NCBI GenBank assembly: GCA_964247055.1
Contig: OZ176055.1
Location: 4,092,001-4,156,000 of the forward strand
Direction: 5' to 3'
Length of the DNA stretch: 64,000 nt
From: Paragordius varius
Lineage: Eukaryota; Animalia; Nematomorpha
Under the pieces are notes generated by a model. The model was not told the DNA's origin and made no database searches. It worked only from the letters and a program-made list of their open reading frames with translations. Numbering within the stretch: position 1 is the first letter of the stretch; every line of letters begins with the position of its first letter. Both the position numbers and the translations under genes were made by a program. Positions 12,215 to 26,100 of this stretch are shown piece after piece.

Positions 12215-13747
12215 GGGTTTTGATAAAATATTAATATATATTAACAATTACATTAAACACTAAGATATGAATAATTTGATTGTTGATGTAAAGTTGATAC
12301 ATAAATAATTTTAAATAAACTTATTTTGATATATAAACAAGCCGATTGTATTGGATCCTTTAAATAATATTAAGGTGAAACAATTGTAACCAAAAGGAAT
12401 TGTAATTTATGTTTATTTTTAACAAAGCTTGTAAACTAACTGCACACAGTGTTCAACACACCTTAATTAACTATTTACCTGCTAGTTTTTTAGTTTTAAA
12501 ACAGGTTGTTTTAGAGATACTTGGGGTAATATTCAGTTTAAAGCGTATTTGATTTGAATATTAAAAAATATGGTCTTCTAGGCTAATTATTTAATATTTT
12601 TACAAGAACGTAACATTGTTAAAAAACTCTTATCTCAACTTTTGACATTAAATATATTTTCTGTTTTTTTTGATATCGCTAAAACAGTAGCTAAATTATG
12701 GTTAAATAAATTTAATTTACATTAAAAGCATTAAATTAAATTAACACGTCAGTATTTTTAATAGGATTTGGAGCTATCTAAATTGTAAACTGTAAAAGTT
12801 ACAAAACCATAAAAAAAATAAAAAAATTGTTTAAATATATTGGTTTATAATTATACAGTTAAAAGCATCCCATGCATTTTTAAAAAAAATTAATATGCAA
12901 ATTGTTTACGTTTCAGTACCAAATACCAGTTTTTATGATAAAATAGGATAACTATTTGCTGAAATAACCCAGGAGTAAAGTATTTTTTGATGAAAAAACT
13001 CCAAAAATTATCTATTATGCCGCACAACACACCGGGAAAAGGTGCCTCACATTATTTGATTTTAAAAATTCTAAATAAGAATGAATCCATCCAACCCAAT
13101 ATGTATCATATTCACGTTTCCCACTGGATATGATGTTGATAATTTTATAATTATTTTTCCTTCAACATTGTTTAACATAGTTTAGACAAATTAGGTTTTT
13201 ATGGTTTAATTATAGATAAATTTGGTTTTGCAATATAGAGTAAGCACATTTATGTTAGCCATTTGGCAATATTGTAGGATATGGGTAAAAAACAACAAAT
13301 GTTTAAATTTAAACAATTTTTTTCTATCTTAATACATTAAATTTGTATATCTAATTATGGACAAAACTTGTATAATATCATAACTATTGTATTACGATTG
13401 GCTAACAATATCCAACAATAAACTGAATACTGTAATAATCAGAGAAGAAATATTTTGTAAATTTTTAAAAACACGTGAATAAGTTTATATTTTCTTCGGG
13501 CAATGGATATGGTCATTAGCTGGATCCATTACTTGATACATAAGCCAATTTATTAGTTTATTTATAATATTTTGATGAAAACCAAACCAATAAATTTACG
13601 CATTACTAATGTTATAATAATATATGGAAAAAAACATATATAGCGTCACAATATATTTATTGAGAAAAAAACTATATCGGGCTTTGGCACGCATAACCAA
13701 TCAACGTTGCGTATATGTCAAAGGTTGATATATATATATTGTATCCA

Positions 13748-14915
13748 CAAATAAAAACAACCTGTTGAAATATATATAGCTATATATTATGATGGGAAAA
13801 TGTATCAAGATTATCATGGTGCTTTTTGTTTGGCCTTACGAGTGATATGAGAAGGTTATTAACACTTTTGGGGTAGGTGCTCCATATCAGAAAATGACGA
13901 AATTTGAGCATATATTTTATAATAACATTTTATTGGTGAAAGCTAAATGCTTCATTCCAAAAAATATCATTAAAATATATAATAAACTACTTATAAAAAG
14001 AAAAACAGTATTTTTAAATATTTTAATTTTTTGATGTGGGCTCCGATAGTCCCATTTTTTTCGCTATTCTAAAATGGGTTAGATATTTTAAAATAAACGC
14101 AATGCCAGGATTGCGCTATAAAATTTTCAATTGACATCCAAATTTTATTTTTAAAAAATGGATACTTTTTACCGACATTTAATTTTTAGCAAAATTTTGT
14201 TGAAGCGTACCTCACACTATGTTTAGGCATAATGGAAACGTTTTAAAACTCTTTTAGATTTTATAAAAACACTTCTATATAATTTGATGATGCTGAACAT
14301 TTCTCTCACCCCAGAATTTTGATTGAAATATTGGTTCGTATTTAAAGTTATGTCAAATATAAATTGTGTTCTTTTACCAAAATTCACCTGAAGCGATAGA
14401 AATGTTAAGCTTTATCGAATTATACAGAAAAGGTGTTTTTATAGTATTTTAAAGAGATTTCATACCGTTTCCATCATGCCTTAAACTAGTATGAAGGAAA
14501 CTCCAACAAAATTTTGCTAAAAATTAAATTTTAAAAAAAGTCATTTTTTAAAAATTATTTTTAGTTGTAAAATATAGCTTGTATTTAAATTAAAGAGCAA
14601 TCTCGGCATGTTTGTGTTTATTATATTAGAACTAACCCATTTGAAGAGAAAAATTTGGGACAAACCTACATCTAAAAATAAAATATTTTAAAAATATACT
14701 TTTGCTTTTTATAGGTAGTTTATGATTATTAGAAATTTAGTTTTCACCAAAATTATCTGCTCAAATTTAGCCATTTTCTGATATGGAGCACGTAATACAA
14801 AAGCGTAAATACTTTCTTATATCACTAGTAAGGGCCAAAGCCAAAAGCACCATGATAATCCTGACTCTTCCTATCAGAATATATATATATATATATTCAT
14901 CAGGTTATTTTTTAT
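13748..14915. mobile_element. Diverged ~1.2-kb foldback/MITE with long imperfect inverted arms
   Basis: GATTATCATGGTGCTTTT..GCTCCATATCAGAAAATG (13810-13896) is inverted as CATTTTCTGATATGGAGC..AAAAGCACCATGATAATC (14772-14860). Further paired blocks lie inward. A related copy is at ~61460-62260. Confidence 0.7.
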
Positions 14916-16937
14916 ATCCCCCGATTCGAGACGCAGTTATATGCATAAAGTGTTAAATTTACAGGTATCTCCTGTACGTGTTTTGAATTTTTTTTTGATA
15001 GAATGGATTATGAAATTTCAGAATCCGATAATAATTTGGGTGTCTGATAAGGTTTTAAATTAGCAATAAATATCCATACTTCTTTAGACGTACTTTTTTA
15101 AAAAAAATTATATTAGGTGAATTGTGAAAATGCCATATATAACACTATATACATGCAAATCTATTGATAAATACAAGTTTGAACGTGCGAATTATTTTAA
15201 TTTAAGTTTAAATCAATTGCAGTTTGGCGTTGCAAATGGCATGATATTACGTATTTGTTGATTCCTGCACAGAGGGAAAATTTCTACAAAATTTAACCTG
15301 AAAAGAATTATTTTAGCCAAGATTTTCAGATAAATAATTATCATTATTCTTAGCCTTTACATAGAAATAATGATAATGAACAATCGAAGTTTTAGCATAA
15401 TTTACTATATGAATGTCATAGACTATTACCGGACACTTTTACCAAATATCTTGATGGGGGAAGGAAGCCGAATGTACATATGGTATCGATATTCCGGAAA
15501 AGATTGGTTAAGCATTTATTAAAGGTTTGCAGCTGTAAATGCTGGAACTGCTCACGCGATTTTCAAAAAGAATAGTTAACCTGTAAGCCCAAACAAGTAT
15601 ATGGTTAAATGATTTACGAAAGAATATCAAAAATGTTATGAATAGCGTCCGTGCAGAACCTCAACGGCAATATGCTGTAATTAGGTATCCGTCACTCAAT
15701 CAAATCCAATCCTGTGTTGTGATATTAATTTGTTTGCAAGTAATGGGGTAACTTCTAATCGGAATGCAACGCCGGATAGCGATCGTGACAAAGGGGCGAT
15801 AACGCCACACTCAACGGGCTGCCGAAACGAACAGACTACGACACCAGGTCCTCGGTAACAATCTCGGAAAATTTACATGTTAAATAGAGAGATTTTTAAG
15901 ACAGTTGGTAATAAAAATATAATCTACGATCTATGATTAAAACATTGGGATTATTAAATTGAAATAGTCCTATATATTTTGCGTATATTTTCAAGCCAAC
16001 ATTTTTCATTATATAAAATCTAAAGTAGAAAATATAGTGTCTGAAAAGACTTAGTAAGCGTACTCATTAAGTTAAAAACAGATATATTTTTTTAGAGCAA
16101 TTATTTTATTTGTTTAATACAAATCAAAATATGTATAAATGAAATAATTACTTGTTGAATGGCTTATTTTAAGGAATCTATAATTATATTGCTCATCTTC
16201 TTAAATCAAAACAATGTACTTACTAAATTGTGTATAAAAAAATTTACTTCTCAAATTACTGCATATTTTCAAATTCTCCTTTTCAAAAAGTTATTCTAAG
16301 ATGTTCGTTCATAGTAAAATATTTTTAGAGCAGACGAAAGTATACGTTTCCCGCATGCGCAAACGATAAAATTTGTTTCCATATTTTATATTAATTTTAA
16401 TTTTTATCCCAAATTTTATTTACATTTTTTAAAAATACCACCAACTACCCATTCACTTCTTAATCATAAATTCTATTTTATTTGAAAAAGGCTGGAATAA
16501 AGAAGATGAGAAAAACAGCATTTTGTATTTATGTATTTTTTATGTTTATGAATTTTATGCAGTGTAGGAAATAAACAATATGTGTGGTTTTACCTTTCTT
16601 CAAAACATTTATTTTCCATTCATTAATAGTGGACTTATAAAAAAATAGGTAACAAAGAGAAAATGTGACTGAAACAAAGCGAAAGGTATTAAATTAATTT
16701 ATATTTTATTTTTTATATGCATGTAATGTTTTAACATTTTAAACAATTTAACATTTCCTTACATATTTTTTTTAATAAAATATAAAATCATTATTTATAA
16801 TTCAGTAAATCTAAATATTTCCATTGTCCATAAAGACCCATCAACATGCCACATATCATCTAATTTGTATCTCATTGCCAAATAATCAATATTTTTTGTT
16901 TATTCCAAAAATTTAATAAGGACACCCACCAACTACT

Positions 16938-19900
16938 ATGAGTGCTGTTGAATTTAACATAAGAAAACCTCTAACCCACAATCATAACAATAATAATAGC
17001 AATCATAATTTTCGCATTAATAAATCTTCTCAAATAATGAAAAATGTTACAAAATGCCAAAGCCTTGTGGATGAAAATTTTCATGGAAAACCTGTAAAAC
17101 ACAAAAATTTTAGTAATAGCAATCCTTATCGTAATAACATTAATAATGTTCAAATACCAAACGCGCAAATGAACTTTATTACACCTAAAAGAGCGGAAAT
17201 CAATCCCCATACTATGCGGTATCAGGATGATCAAAGAACATTTATAACTAACAATACAAGTTATTGCAACTATGATGATTGGGTGGATAATACCGCTGTA
17301 AATAATTACCCAATCATAAAACAAAAAATGGATAATTTACAGGAACAATCAATCAACACAGTTTTTCGGAATCGGCGGGATAATCAAAATAGCGTTCATC
17401 CCATGACAACTTTACAAAGTCAAGAAACTTGGCCAGTCAAAACCACGCACGAAGAAAGACATAAAAAAGGTGTATCATTTTGTTCCTATTACATTTTATT
17501 CAAGATTTTAAAATTTATTATCCGGAAAATATTTGTCTTAGCCATCATACTCTCGTCTATTCTAAGTCCTCCCTTTTTATTAACTATCCCACGAAACATT
17601 GCGAAAACGCATCTCATTCATTTGGAGGATACTGCTTATAAGCCACAAAGTATCGATATTTTATCGCAAATAGAAATTCATCAATCAATAACAAATGAAT
17701 CTGAGCCCATGTTACCCAACTTAATTAGCAACCAACGAAAAATTAGATCTTCTTCCGGTCGTATCGATGCGAACAATTATTTACAAAATGAATACATGGC
17801 CAAACTTCTGGCCAAAAATGGTTTTAAAGATTTATTGAATTTACAGGCCATAAAAATTAATCGTACCCAAAGGCCAGGCCGTGCGGAACATAAAAAGCAA
17901 AAAGAATTGTACAAATATTTAATGTTACATCATAAAATGTGCACATATAATGGTAAACGCTATTGGAAATCTAATTTATGCCACATGCTTCAACAGTGTA
18001 ATTTGTCATGTCAAATCGAAGTTTTTATAACAATTGGTATTGCTTTGGTTAACTTGATTTTTATGTGGGGCATTTATTGTCATTTTGTACACCGACAAAG
18101 GATAAATACATTTTCACCCTCTTCATATGCAAACTCATTTAGAAAGTTATTTAATTACTTAAGTACAAGTTCATATCAGCGACTATCGAATCAATACGAA
18201 TCCGACCATTCATCGAGTTTTGTTTTATCGAAAATTTGGCATTTTTATTTAATTCTGCTGTTGTGTTACGTATTAATCGCATGGATGTTGTTTGGAATCA
18301 AAATACTGATCCCATTAACGCTGGAAACACCTATTGCCATTAACGCCAAAAATTATACAGCAATTTCTAACCAATTTCAAAGCTATAATAGCATAAATAC
18401 AAATGATGGGGAAAATTTTATATTTTCCTACCATGATGTTATCGCGTTTGTTAAATCCTATGTTCATTTTCTATTTCTTTCCCTTGTAATTTTAGCCTTA
18501 ACCATGTTTCTTAAACGGTCAAAGGGCGTTTTCGATGAGCCAGAAAAAGCGTTTTCGGCTCGTTGTATTCGCTCGAACGATGGGAAAAGTTATACGTACA
18601 GAATATCAGGTTCCTTAACTATTGAAGACGCTGCTAAACATATATTATCGCGATATTACATAGATTTTCCTTATTATGATCCGTACTTTGTGTATGATAT
18701 GCATTCAACCACCAGTTCCATGCAGAAAAACCAATCGCCAAATAATGAATCTGAACCACCACACTCTAGGGTCATTACTGTATCTGAGAGGAATGGGTGT
18801 AATAAAATTGTTGGATTCTCGGTCGCTCAGCAGCACGGGAAATCTTCGGCATCAGAAATTATTGCGCCATCAAAACGAACCGTTGTGAATGAACGGCCTT
18901 TCAAGAAAATGACTAATTTAAACGGTCATTCCCAACATCAAAGGGGAATTGAATGCCCCACCTCTCAAATTGTAAACGCTGAACCCGTTAGAACTAACCA
19001 AAGATTTTATGAGCTGGAAGATCACGAATCCAAGGTCAAGAAAAGGCAATGCCGATTGGTGCTGGCTATAGAGGAGGCTTTTGATGTAGTACAAACTATG
19101 CATGATGAAGAGAGTGGATGTAATTATATTCAAGGTAAAAATTTTACTGTTAGAACTTTTTATCCGGTTATACATAAATTTATAAAATTTAACTGAAAAA
19201 TTGCCTAAATTTTCTATCCAAAAGATGCCTGCCATTAAATTTTCTTCTCGACCATACTTTTTAAAAAATTAAGTATATCTAAATAAATATATATAAAATT
19301 TTGAAGTTTTTACCTAAACTTTACATATAAACGCTAATCGGCATTCAGATTCGTCGAACGTTATATAAACGAAATAACTGAAAGAATGCACCAAATAACT
19401 GTGTTTTAATTTAAATTTAAAATATGGTTTAACAAAAAAAACATCCTATATCTATTTGAATAAAAAATATCTCCAATGTTAAAATATTTTTTATATTTCT
19501 CCCCATATTAATGCTAAAATTCAGTAATTTAAATAGCCCTAAATATTTAGTAACATTTTATAATTTATTAAAAAAAATTCAATAATTATACCCCTACGTG
19601 ATCATCACGACAACAATAAACTTTTAAAGATATGATTAAAAAAATCAGTAAATATCGAAATATGATTTAATTTTAAAATTTTGACATACCTTTTTCGATA
19701 TAGTTACGTACTATCTAAAATACCGCTGCATGTATATATTGGATATATAAACTAAAAAATCTGACTGTTAATCTATTTTTATTGGATAGAAATTCAGAAA
19801 TTTTGTCTCATTAGATTTTTGCCTTTGTTATTTAGGATTATATCATTAAATATTGTCGTTTTTTAATTTTAGGCATGGAGGAAAGCAAATTTATATTAAA

Positions 19901-20981
19901 CAAAAGGTGCTTACAATTTAAATCTAAATGGTATAAGGGTAAAAAACCTCGGTAACTCTCTTTCCCTTAAACAATGTCAGTTTTTCAACTTTTGTTATTA
20001 TCATCAATCTTCATCAGGGTACTCAATGACGAGTGTCAGATTTATTTTTTCTTCCATGTGTTGCGGTTGTAGGCCTCCTTGATATCAATTTTCGTTCATA
20101 TTGATCTTATGTGATTGTTTTGTGCCATGTTAAAAGGGACGACCTGGTAGATCTATTTATGATGCTGCATTTTTCAAAATATTATCATCATCTTTTCGCT
20201 CAATGTATCCTAACAAGCTTAGTCTTTTGGTTTGGATTATATGATCAATTGGATCTATTTGAATTGAGTGGGCATCAAAATTACTGTTCAAATTATATTT
20301 AGTTGGGTTTAATGCATAAAGGATTGTCTTGAGAATTTTATTTACTGTTCGTAAGATTTTGTTATTAATAAAAATACTATTATTATTCAATTAAAAATTA
20401 ATTTAGAAAACAATCAAATGGATAAATCTGGTAGCGATCAACCCCTAATCACGTGCATAACAGTTGAGGAAGCCGCACAAACCATTTTCCCAATCATGTT
20501 AAAGCATTTACATAAATTGTTGAAGTTGACGCGACAACAACCCTTTTACAATCTCAAAGTTATTTTGACACACTTGACGAATTGTATTAAATACGATATG
20601 GGACCTTACGCTTTTGCAAAACTATTTTTAGATCCCGTTCCTCAACTCCACAACGAACGAGTGGCAAAATTATCGCTAAACGCAACACCTAAAACCGTAG
20701 GAACCGGCAAAAACGATTATGATTTTTCAATACATGAATGGATCATAATTTGTAGTGATAATTACATAAAAAGAAACGAAGATAGAAACAATGAAAACCA
20801 AAAAAATGTTGGGAAAATGCATAGTCGCATTGTGGATGGAACCTTATTCCAACTGAGAAGGGGTAACATTAAATTGCTGATTGAATTGAAGGAAATACCG
20901 ATTGTATGTTTGCAAGAACACATTTTAAATCCTCACAGAGAAAAATACTATAGTAAAACGGATGCTCGGGACATTGTTTAA
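16938..20981 (+). CDS. Vang: Vang-like/strabismus planar-cell-polarity protein, enlarged (~923 aa)
   Basis: Exons 16938-19134 (donor CAAG|GTAAAA) and 20407-20981, phase 1. Four hydrophobic segments and Vang motifs: IRSNDGKSYTY, RYYIDFPYYDP, RFYELEDHESKVKKRQCRLVLAIEEAF, EAAQTIFP..LTRQQPFY..ILTHL..CIKYDM. Confidence 0.88.
19995..20290 (-). mobile_element. 3' remnant of a non-LTR retrotransposon (RTE-like), antisense in the Vang intron
   Basis: Minus strand reads KRLSLLGYIERKDDDNILK...PGRP...NRNTWKKKI with stops, resembling the RL.W.GHV.R...GRP..RW..A.DR..W end of RTE ORFs. A short GAT/AAT-like tail follows. Confidence 0.55.
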
Positions 20982-22740
20982 ATAGAATTACAAATAAATT
21001 TGGATAGCTAATTATGATCATTTTTATTATAATTTTAATGTAATGTTGTAATACAAGCAATATTATTAATCATAATAATCTCTATATTATAAATGTATTT
21101 AGTATGTACACAGCTATACTTAATATATTGATACTAAATTTAATATTTTTGTCATATATATTTTTTTAACGGACACAGAGGTGTGTCTAGGTGAGTTTTG
21201 AGATGAGTGTGGTGTGCGACAATCAATATTATCAGCTTAGATATGATGATAATCAAATAATAAATTTATATATAAAATTAATGCATGTGTATAAATAAAT
21301 CATTACAAATGAGTTATTTTATATTATTATGAAATAATAGGTATATATATATATCTAACTACAATAATAACGTAATAATGGAAAAAATTACCGAAAAAAA
21401 TCAAAAAATAAGCATATTAGTTGCGGACACACAGCACAAGGCCACAAAATTAGCAAAAAGATCAAACATACAAAGTTTTAGCATCGTAATGGAAAAAAAA
21501 ACAAAAATATATCATAAATTAAAAATATGTATAATTATAAGATTTTATATATAAATTATAAAAAGTAAAGATGGGAGTGTTAATGGCTAGCTAGTACAAT
21601 GCATTTTACTTATGTAAATAAAGCCATAATTTGTAAAAATTGTGATGACGTAAAAGTCCAATTTTAATAGATTGTTTTTATGAAAATGGGTGTAATCAAT
21701 TGTTTTTAGAGATATAAGGCAAGGCGCTTGTAGAAATCGTTTGTGGAAAAGGTTTGAGATTAATTTTTTTAAGTTTTTTTTAAATTATAAAATCATTACA
21801 TATTAGGTATATTATTATGAGCAAACTCTAATATGCAAAACGGGCATGATAATCTGGTTCAAAAAAGGATATAAGAGTAAGCATAGCAATAAATTCCAGA
21901 ACATATAAATAGCAGCAATCAATACACATCATTTCACTGATAATCTAATATAAAAAAATATAGAAAGGTATAAAAGGTAGATTGTGATAGTTCAAAAAAA
22001 ATCATTCAAAAATACTTGATATTAATTATTTTAAAGTAAAACCCAAAGGTAAAAATTTAGTCAACATGACATATGTGCACTTGCTAAATTTAAAAATAAT
22101 ACAAAATAAACCACCTTTTCAGTTTCTATCAATGTTAGATGTGATTTAAATAAAAAAATCTATTCTATCTTTAAAATTGAAAAACAGGTATTTTGCCAAA
22201 TGTTGTAATAATAAAAATGAGGTCTTTATTTGGATATTTCTTATTTATATAATGTTTATGAAGCATAAATTTAAATTGGGACTATTCAGTAGTTTTTAAA
22301 AAATATCAACTTTAATATAGCCTGGGGTATTTAGCCCCCAATTTGAATAGAAATTCTAATGTAACATTTCATTATTTAACAAAAGTTGAGAAAATGTTTT
22401 GATGAAATAAAAAATATATTACGATAAATGCCAATGATAAATTAATATAACATAATAATATACTTAGGGTTTTTATATTTATGGCGCGACCAAGTCTCAA
22501 ACCATAAAGGATCTATCAATGTTATAATAATTCAAACTTCAACGACAAATCTGCAATTATTCATGTACATAAATCTCAAATTTATGAAAATACTAATCTT
22601 TCTTATCTTCTCAAATCAAATATTTTATAGATACTTTTTAGTTATCACACAAAATTAGGGTATTTAAGTGATTGTTATACTACTATAAGACTTGTTAGAA
22701 ACCTTTTTGCTTCAGCATCAAAGCATATTTGAGGCGCCAT

Positions 22741-23081
22741 CTAACTAACTATAGCAGATTGCGTCGCGTTATTATTCAATGTTGCAGTGTTTGGAGAGGG
22801 TGGGGGTATGTTATTAGTATTAATATTTAGGTTGTTTGCGGGATGTTCAGTCGACGTATTAGATGATAGAATAATTGGTTGCCCACTATTTTGGATTAAA
22901 TTACGAATCTGATTGTTTTCATCAGGCCCTTTTTTAGAGCTTCCTGAATTCGCAACTGTTTGATGCGGATGTGTGGCAAACAATGGCTCTTCTTTATACC
23001 ATTCGGGTATGAGTAATTTTTTGAGGTTTGGAAAGTTTGTGAATTCTAAATTTGGATAAATTCGATACAATTTGGATAATC

Positions 23082-23119
<38 letters not shown>

Positions 23120-26100
23120 TATTATAAATTAACTAAATCAAGAAAAATAAATTGATTCTTAAAAAGTTGATTTAAACATTAAAAAATTAGAGGACTTTGA
23201 AAATGATAGCTTGATCGCAAAATGATATAAAGATCACATTTGTAATTGAAGATAAATAACCGAACATATTTTTTTAAAATATCGCTTACCCTCCCAACTT
23301 GGGAATGATACAAATTATAAGCCCTCGCTCTTCATATTATGCCGAATATTTTTGATTAGTGAAATTTGGTAATAATTGTATTTTTACAAGCTTATTTTAC
23401 AGTTTCATTGTGTACACATGAAAAAAGAGTGAAGTATACTTAACAAAAGTTTTTGGATATAACACAAAACCAACAAAACAAAATGAAAAATGCTAGCTAA
23501 ATAAAATAAAACTTAACTTAATTTACAAAAGTATAAATTTAATAATACCCATGGGAGAAAAATTAAATAATGGAGGTAGTGGATTGCCATTGGGTAATTT
23601 GGTGGTTTGGAGTCTGAGTTCATCGAAAAACGCATGTGCGCATGCCTGTAAAGGATCTAATCGTTGTGATGGAATATATTCAAGTAGTTTTGAGATTAAA
23701 TCAACCGCTTCGGGAGCCACTTTACTTTTAAATACCTATAAATATATTATGGTTTTATTGCATATAAGCGATAAAACATATTAACAATTTGTAAAACAAC
23801 AATGAATATGATAATATAACTAATTATTAATGTAATAAACGAAATTGGTATTTCAGATATATTTTTCAAATTTGGCAACTATTAACATATTTATAATTAA
23901 AATACGTGATTATAATCTTTTTTGATATGTTCAAGCTAACATTAATAAAAAATTAATAGAATAAACATTATATATCATACTTTTGTCCAAGGATGTGCTT
24001 TGATATATGGAAATTTGAATTCAACATAATTTGGATTCATTTGTCGTATTTGTTCTCGCGTAGGTGTCCCCAAAACTTTAATAATTTCCACGAGTTGATC
24101 GACCCCGGAATCACCCGGGAACAATGGATGACCGAGTAATAATTCGGCTAATACGCAACCAGAAGACCAAATATCTGATATGAAAAAAGAAAAATGATCT
24201 ATAATTTACTAATCTTTTCGCGCTAAACATTATTTATTAAAATAAAGTGAATATATAAGATTCGTGTGATAACCTATACCAATTATAAACGAATGGCATA
24301 TTCATTTTTTTCTGTTTATTCACCAAATTAATTTAAATTTTTGATTTTTGACAGAATTAACCAATTAAAACAATTATAATGCCTATATTGACTTAATTTA
24401 GTATCTGTAATATAAAAAATATTTATATCAAAAAAATTCTTAAAGCTTATGTAAAACATATTAAAACCGTTGTAGCTGAATTTTTTATATGGTGTAATAG
24501 AAAAGCATTTTTGCTCGGTTGACTGTTAAAAATAAATATAAGATATCTTTTTATGAAAAAGTCAAATTTTACCATTTTATTTTTTTAGATAATTTAGACA
24601 ACTATAATAGTTAAAGATAAGATAATGTGTATAACTATTTACAGTATTCATAATCCGTAACCCAAAACTATGAGTTATATTAAAAAAAGTTTGGTATTTT
24701 TTAAAAATCGTGTTTTAGTTTTTACGTGATGTTATAATTTTCTATTTTTATATAAAAGCAAGTGGAGATATTTCTTAGAAAATATGATTATATCTTTTGT
24801 ATGTGGCATGTATTTTATAAAATGTTGATTCTACAAAATAATTTATACCAAAGATACGTAATTTATAGTTTATTACTAATATACCTATATTCCATGAATA
24901 ATCCGTGGCGCCAAAAATAAGTTCAGGTGCTCTGTAGTATCTGGAACAAATGTAGGACACATTAGGTTCTCCCTTCACCAATACTTTTGCACTATTTAAA
25001 TAAAATGAAATATAAAGAACAATATAAAGAAAAAGTTGTATTCTATAATATTTAATTACTCAGTAAAACTTAGTTTTCAAATAGTTAAAAAAATACCTGT
25101 TCTTTATTTGAAAAAAATTAATCGTAAGATATTCCAGGTTTAAAAAATGTATTACTTATCAGTTATAAACTTTATTACCATGGGTTAAAATAACCTTTAT
25201 AAAATATATATTTCATGGAGATTTTAAAAAAATTTAAAATCTGTTATCATTAGTATGTTTAAAAAGTTCTTTTACAAATATTTAATTAATATCATAATAA
25301 AAAAAGTAGTATAATTATGGTGATGTCGTATCATATATAAACCGGCAATTTACAATTATGAATTACGGAGTGACTCAAATTATTCATTTTGCTAAATGTT
25401 AAATGGGCTTTTAGTATTAATTTTGAATGTTTAATTATGAGTAGTAAACACAGACCCTAAAACAATAATAAAACAGCACCTATAATAAATTAATCGTTCT
25501 TTTTTATATGGGGAATGTAAATATTAATTAAAAAGGCGCATATAATTTCTGTATAATTAGATATAAATATCGCTATTTTTAGCAAATTTTTAAAGGATTG
25601 AAAAGGCATATAAAACAAAAGGATGAACAATAATATCTAATCCCAAATATAAAAATCTATAAAATTCCTTATTATACAAATTTTGCCGATTTTGAAAACA
25701 AAATTAATACGGCACTCGTTTTATAAAATAAATGAAATGGTTGATTTTTTAGGACAAATGGGAAAAATAAAAATAAAATCATATCCACCAATAATGGATT
25801 ACTTGGAATGACCAAATAAAACATTATAAAATGAAGTAAGGAGTATGGGGTCAACATGATAGAGAATATTATGGCGTTTATAAATCTGATTTTTCTTTTA
25901 ATCGTATGTCACGTGAGGACATATTGTATTTGGCTATTGATATACAACTTTTTATATCTTGTCAGCTGGAAACTAATGTGATGATAATGCTTTCCAGATA
26001 TGCATATTAATTAACCGCTTGGATTATATCGCCCTAATATTCCCTATCATTTTATACGGCTGTGAGAGCTGGACCATTAAAAAAGTGTCGAGAAAAGAAT

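Noticed and set aside
16350-16362. CCGCATGCGC, NRF1/ewg-like site upstream of Vang
   Set aside because: A single imperfect motif with no transcription start evidence.
16971-19235. Antisense and alternate-frame ORFs over Vang (16971-17324, 18676-18888, 18918-19235) and similar short ORFs over ATIC, GSK3, JMJD5 and the R/E gene
   Set aside because: Shadows of real coding sequence, with no motifs or splice support.
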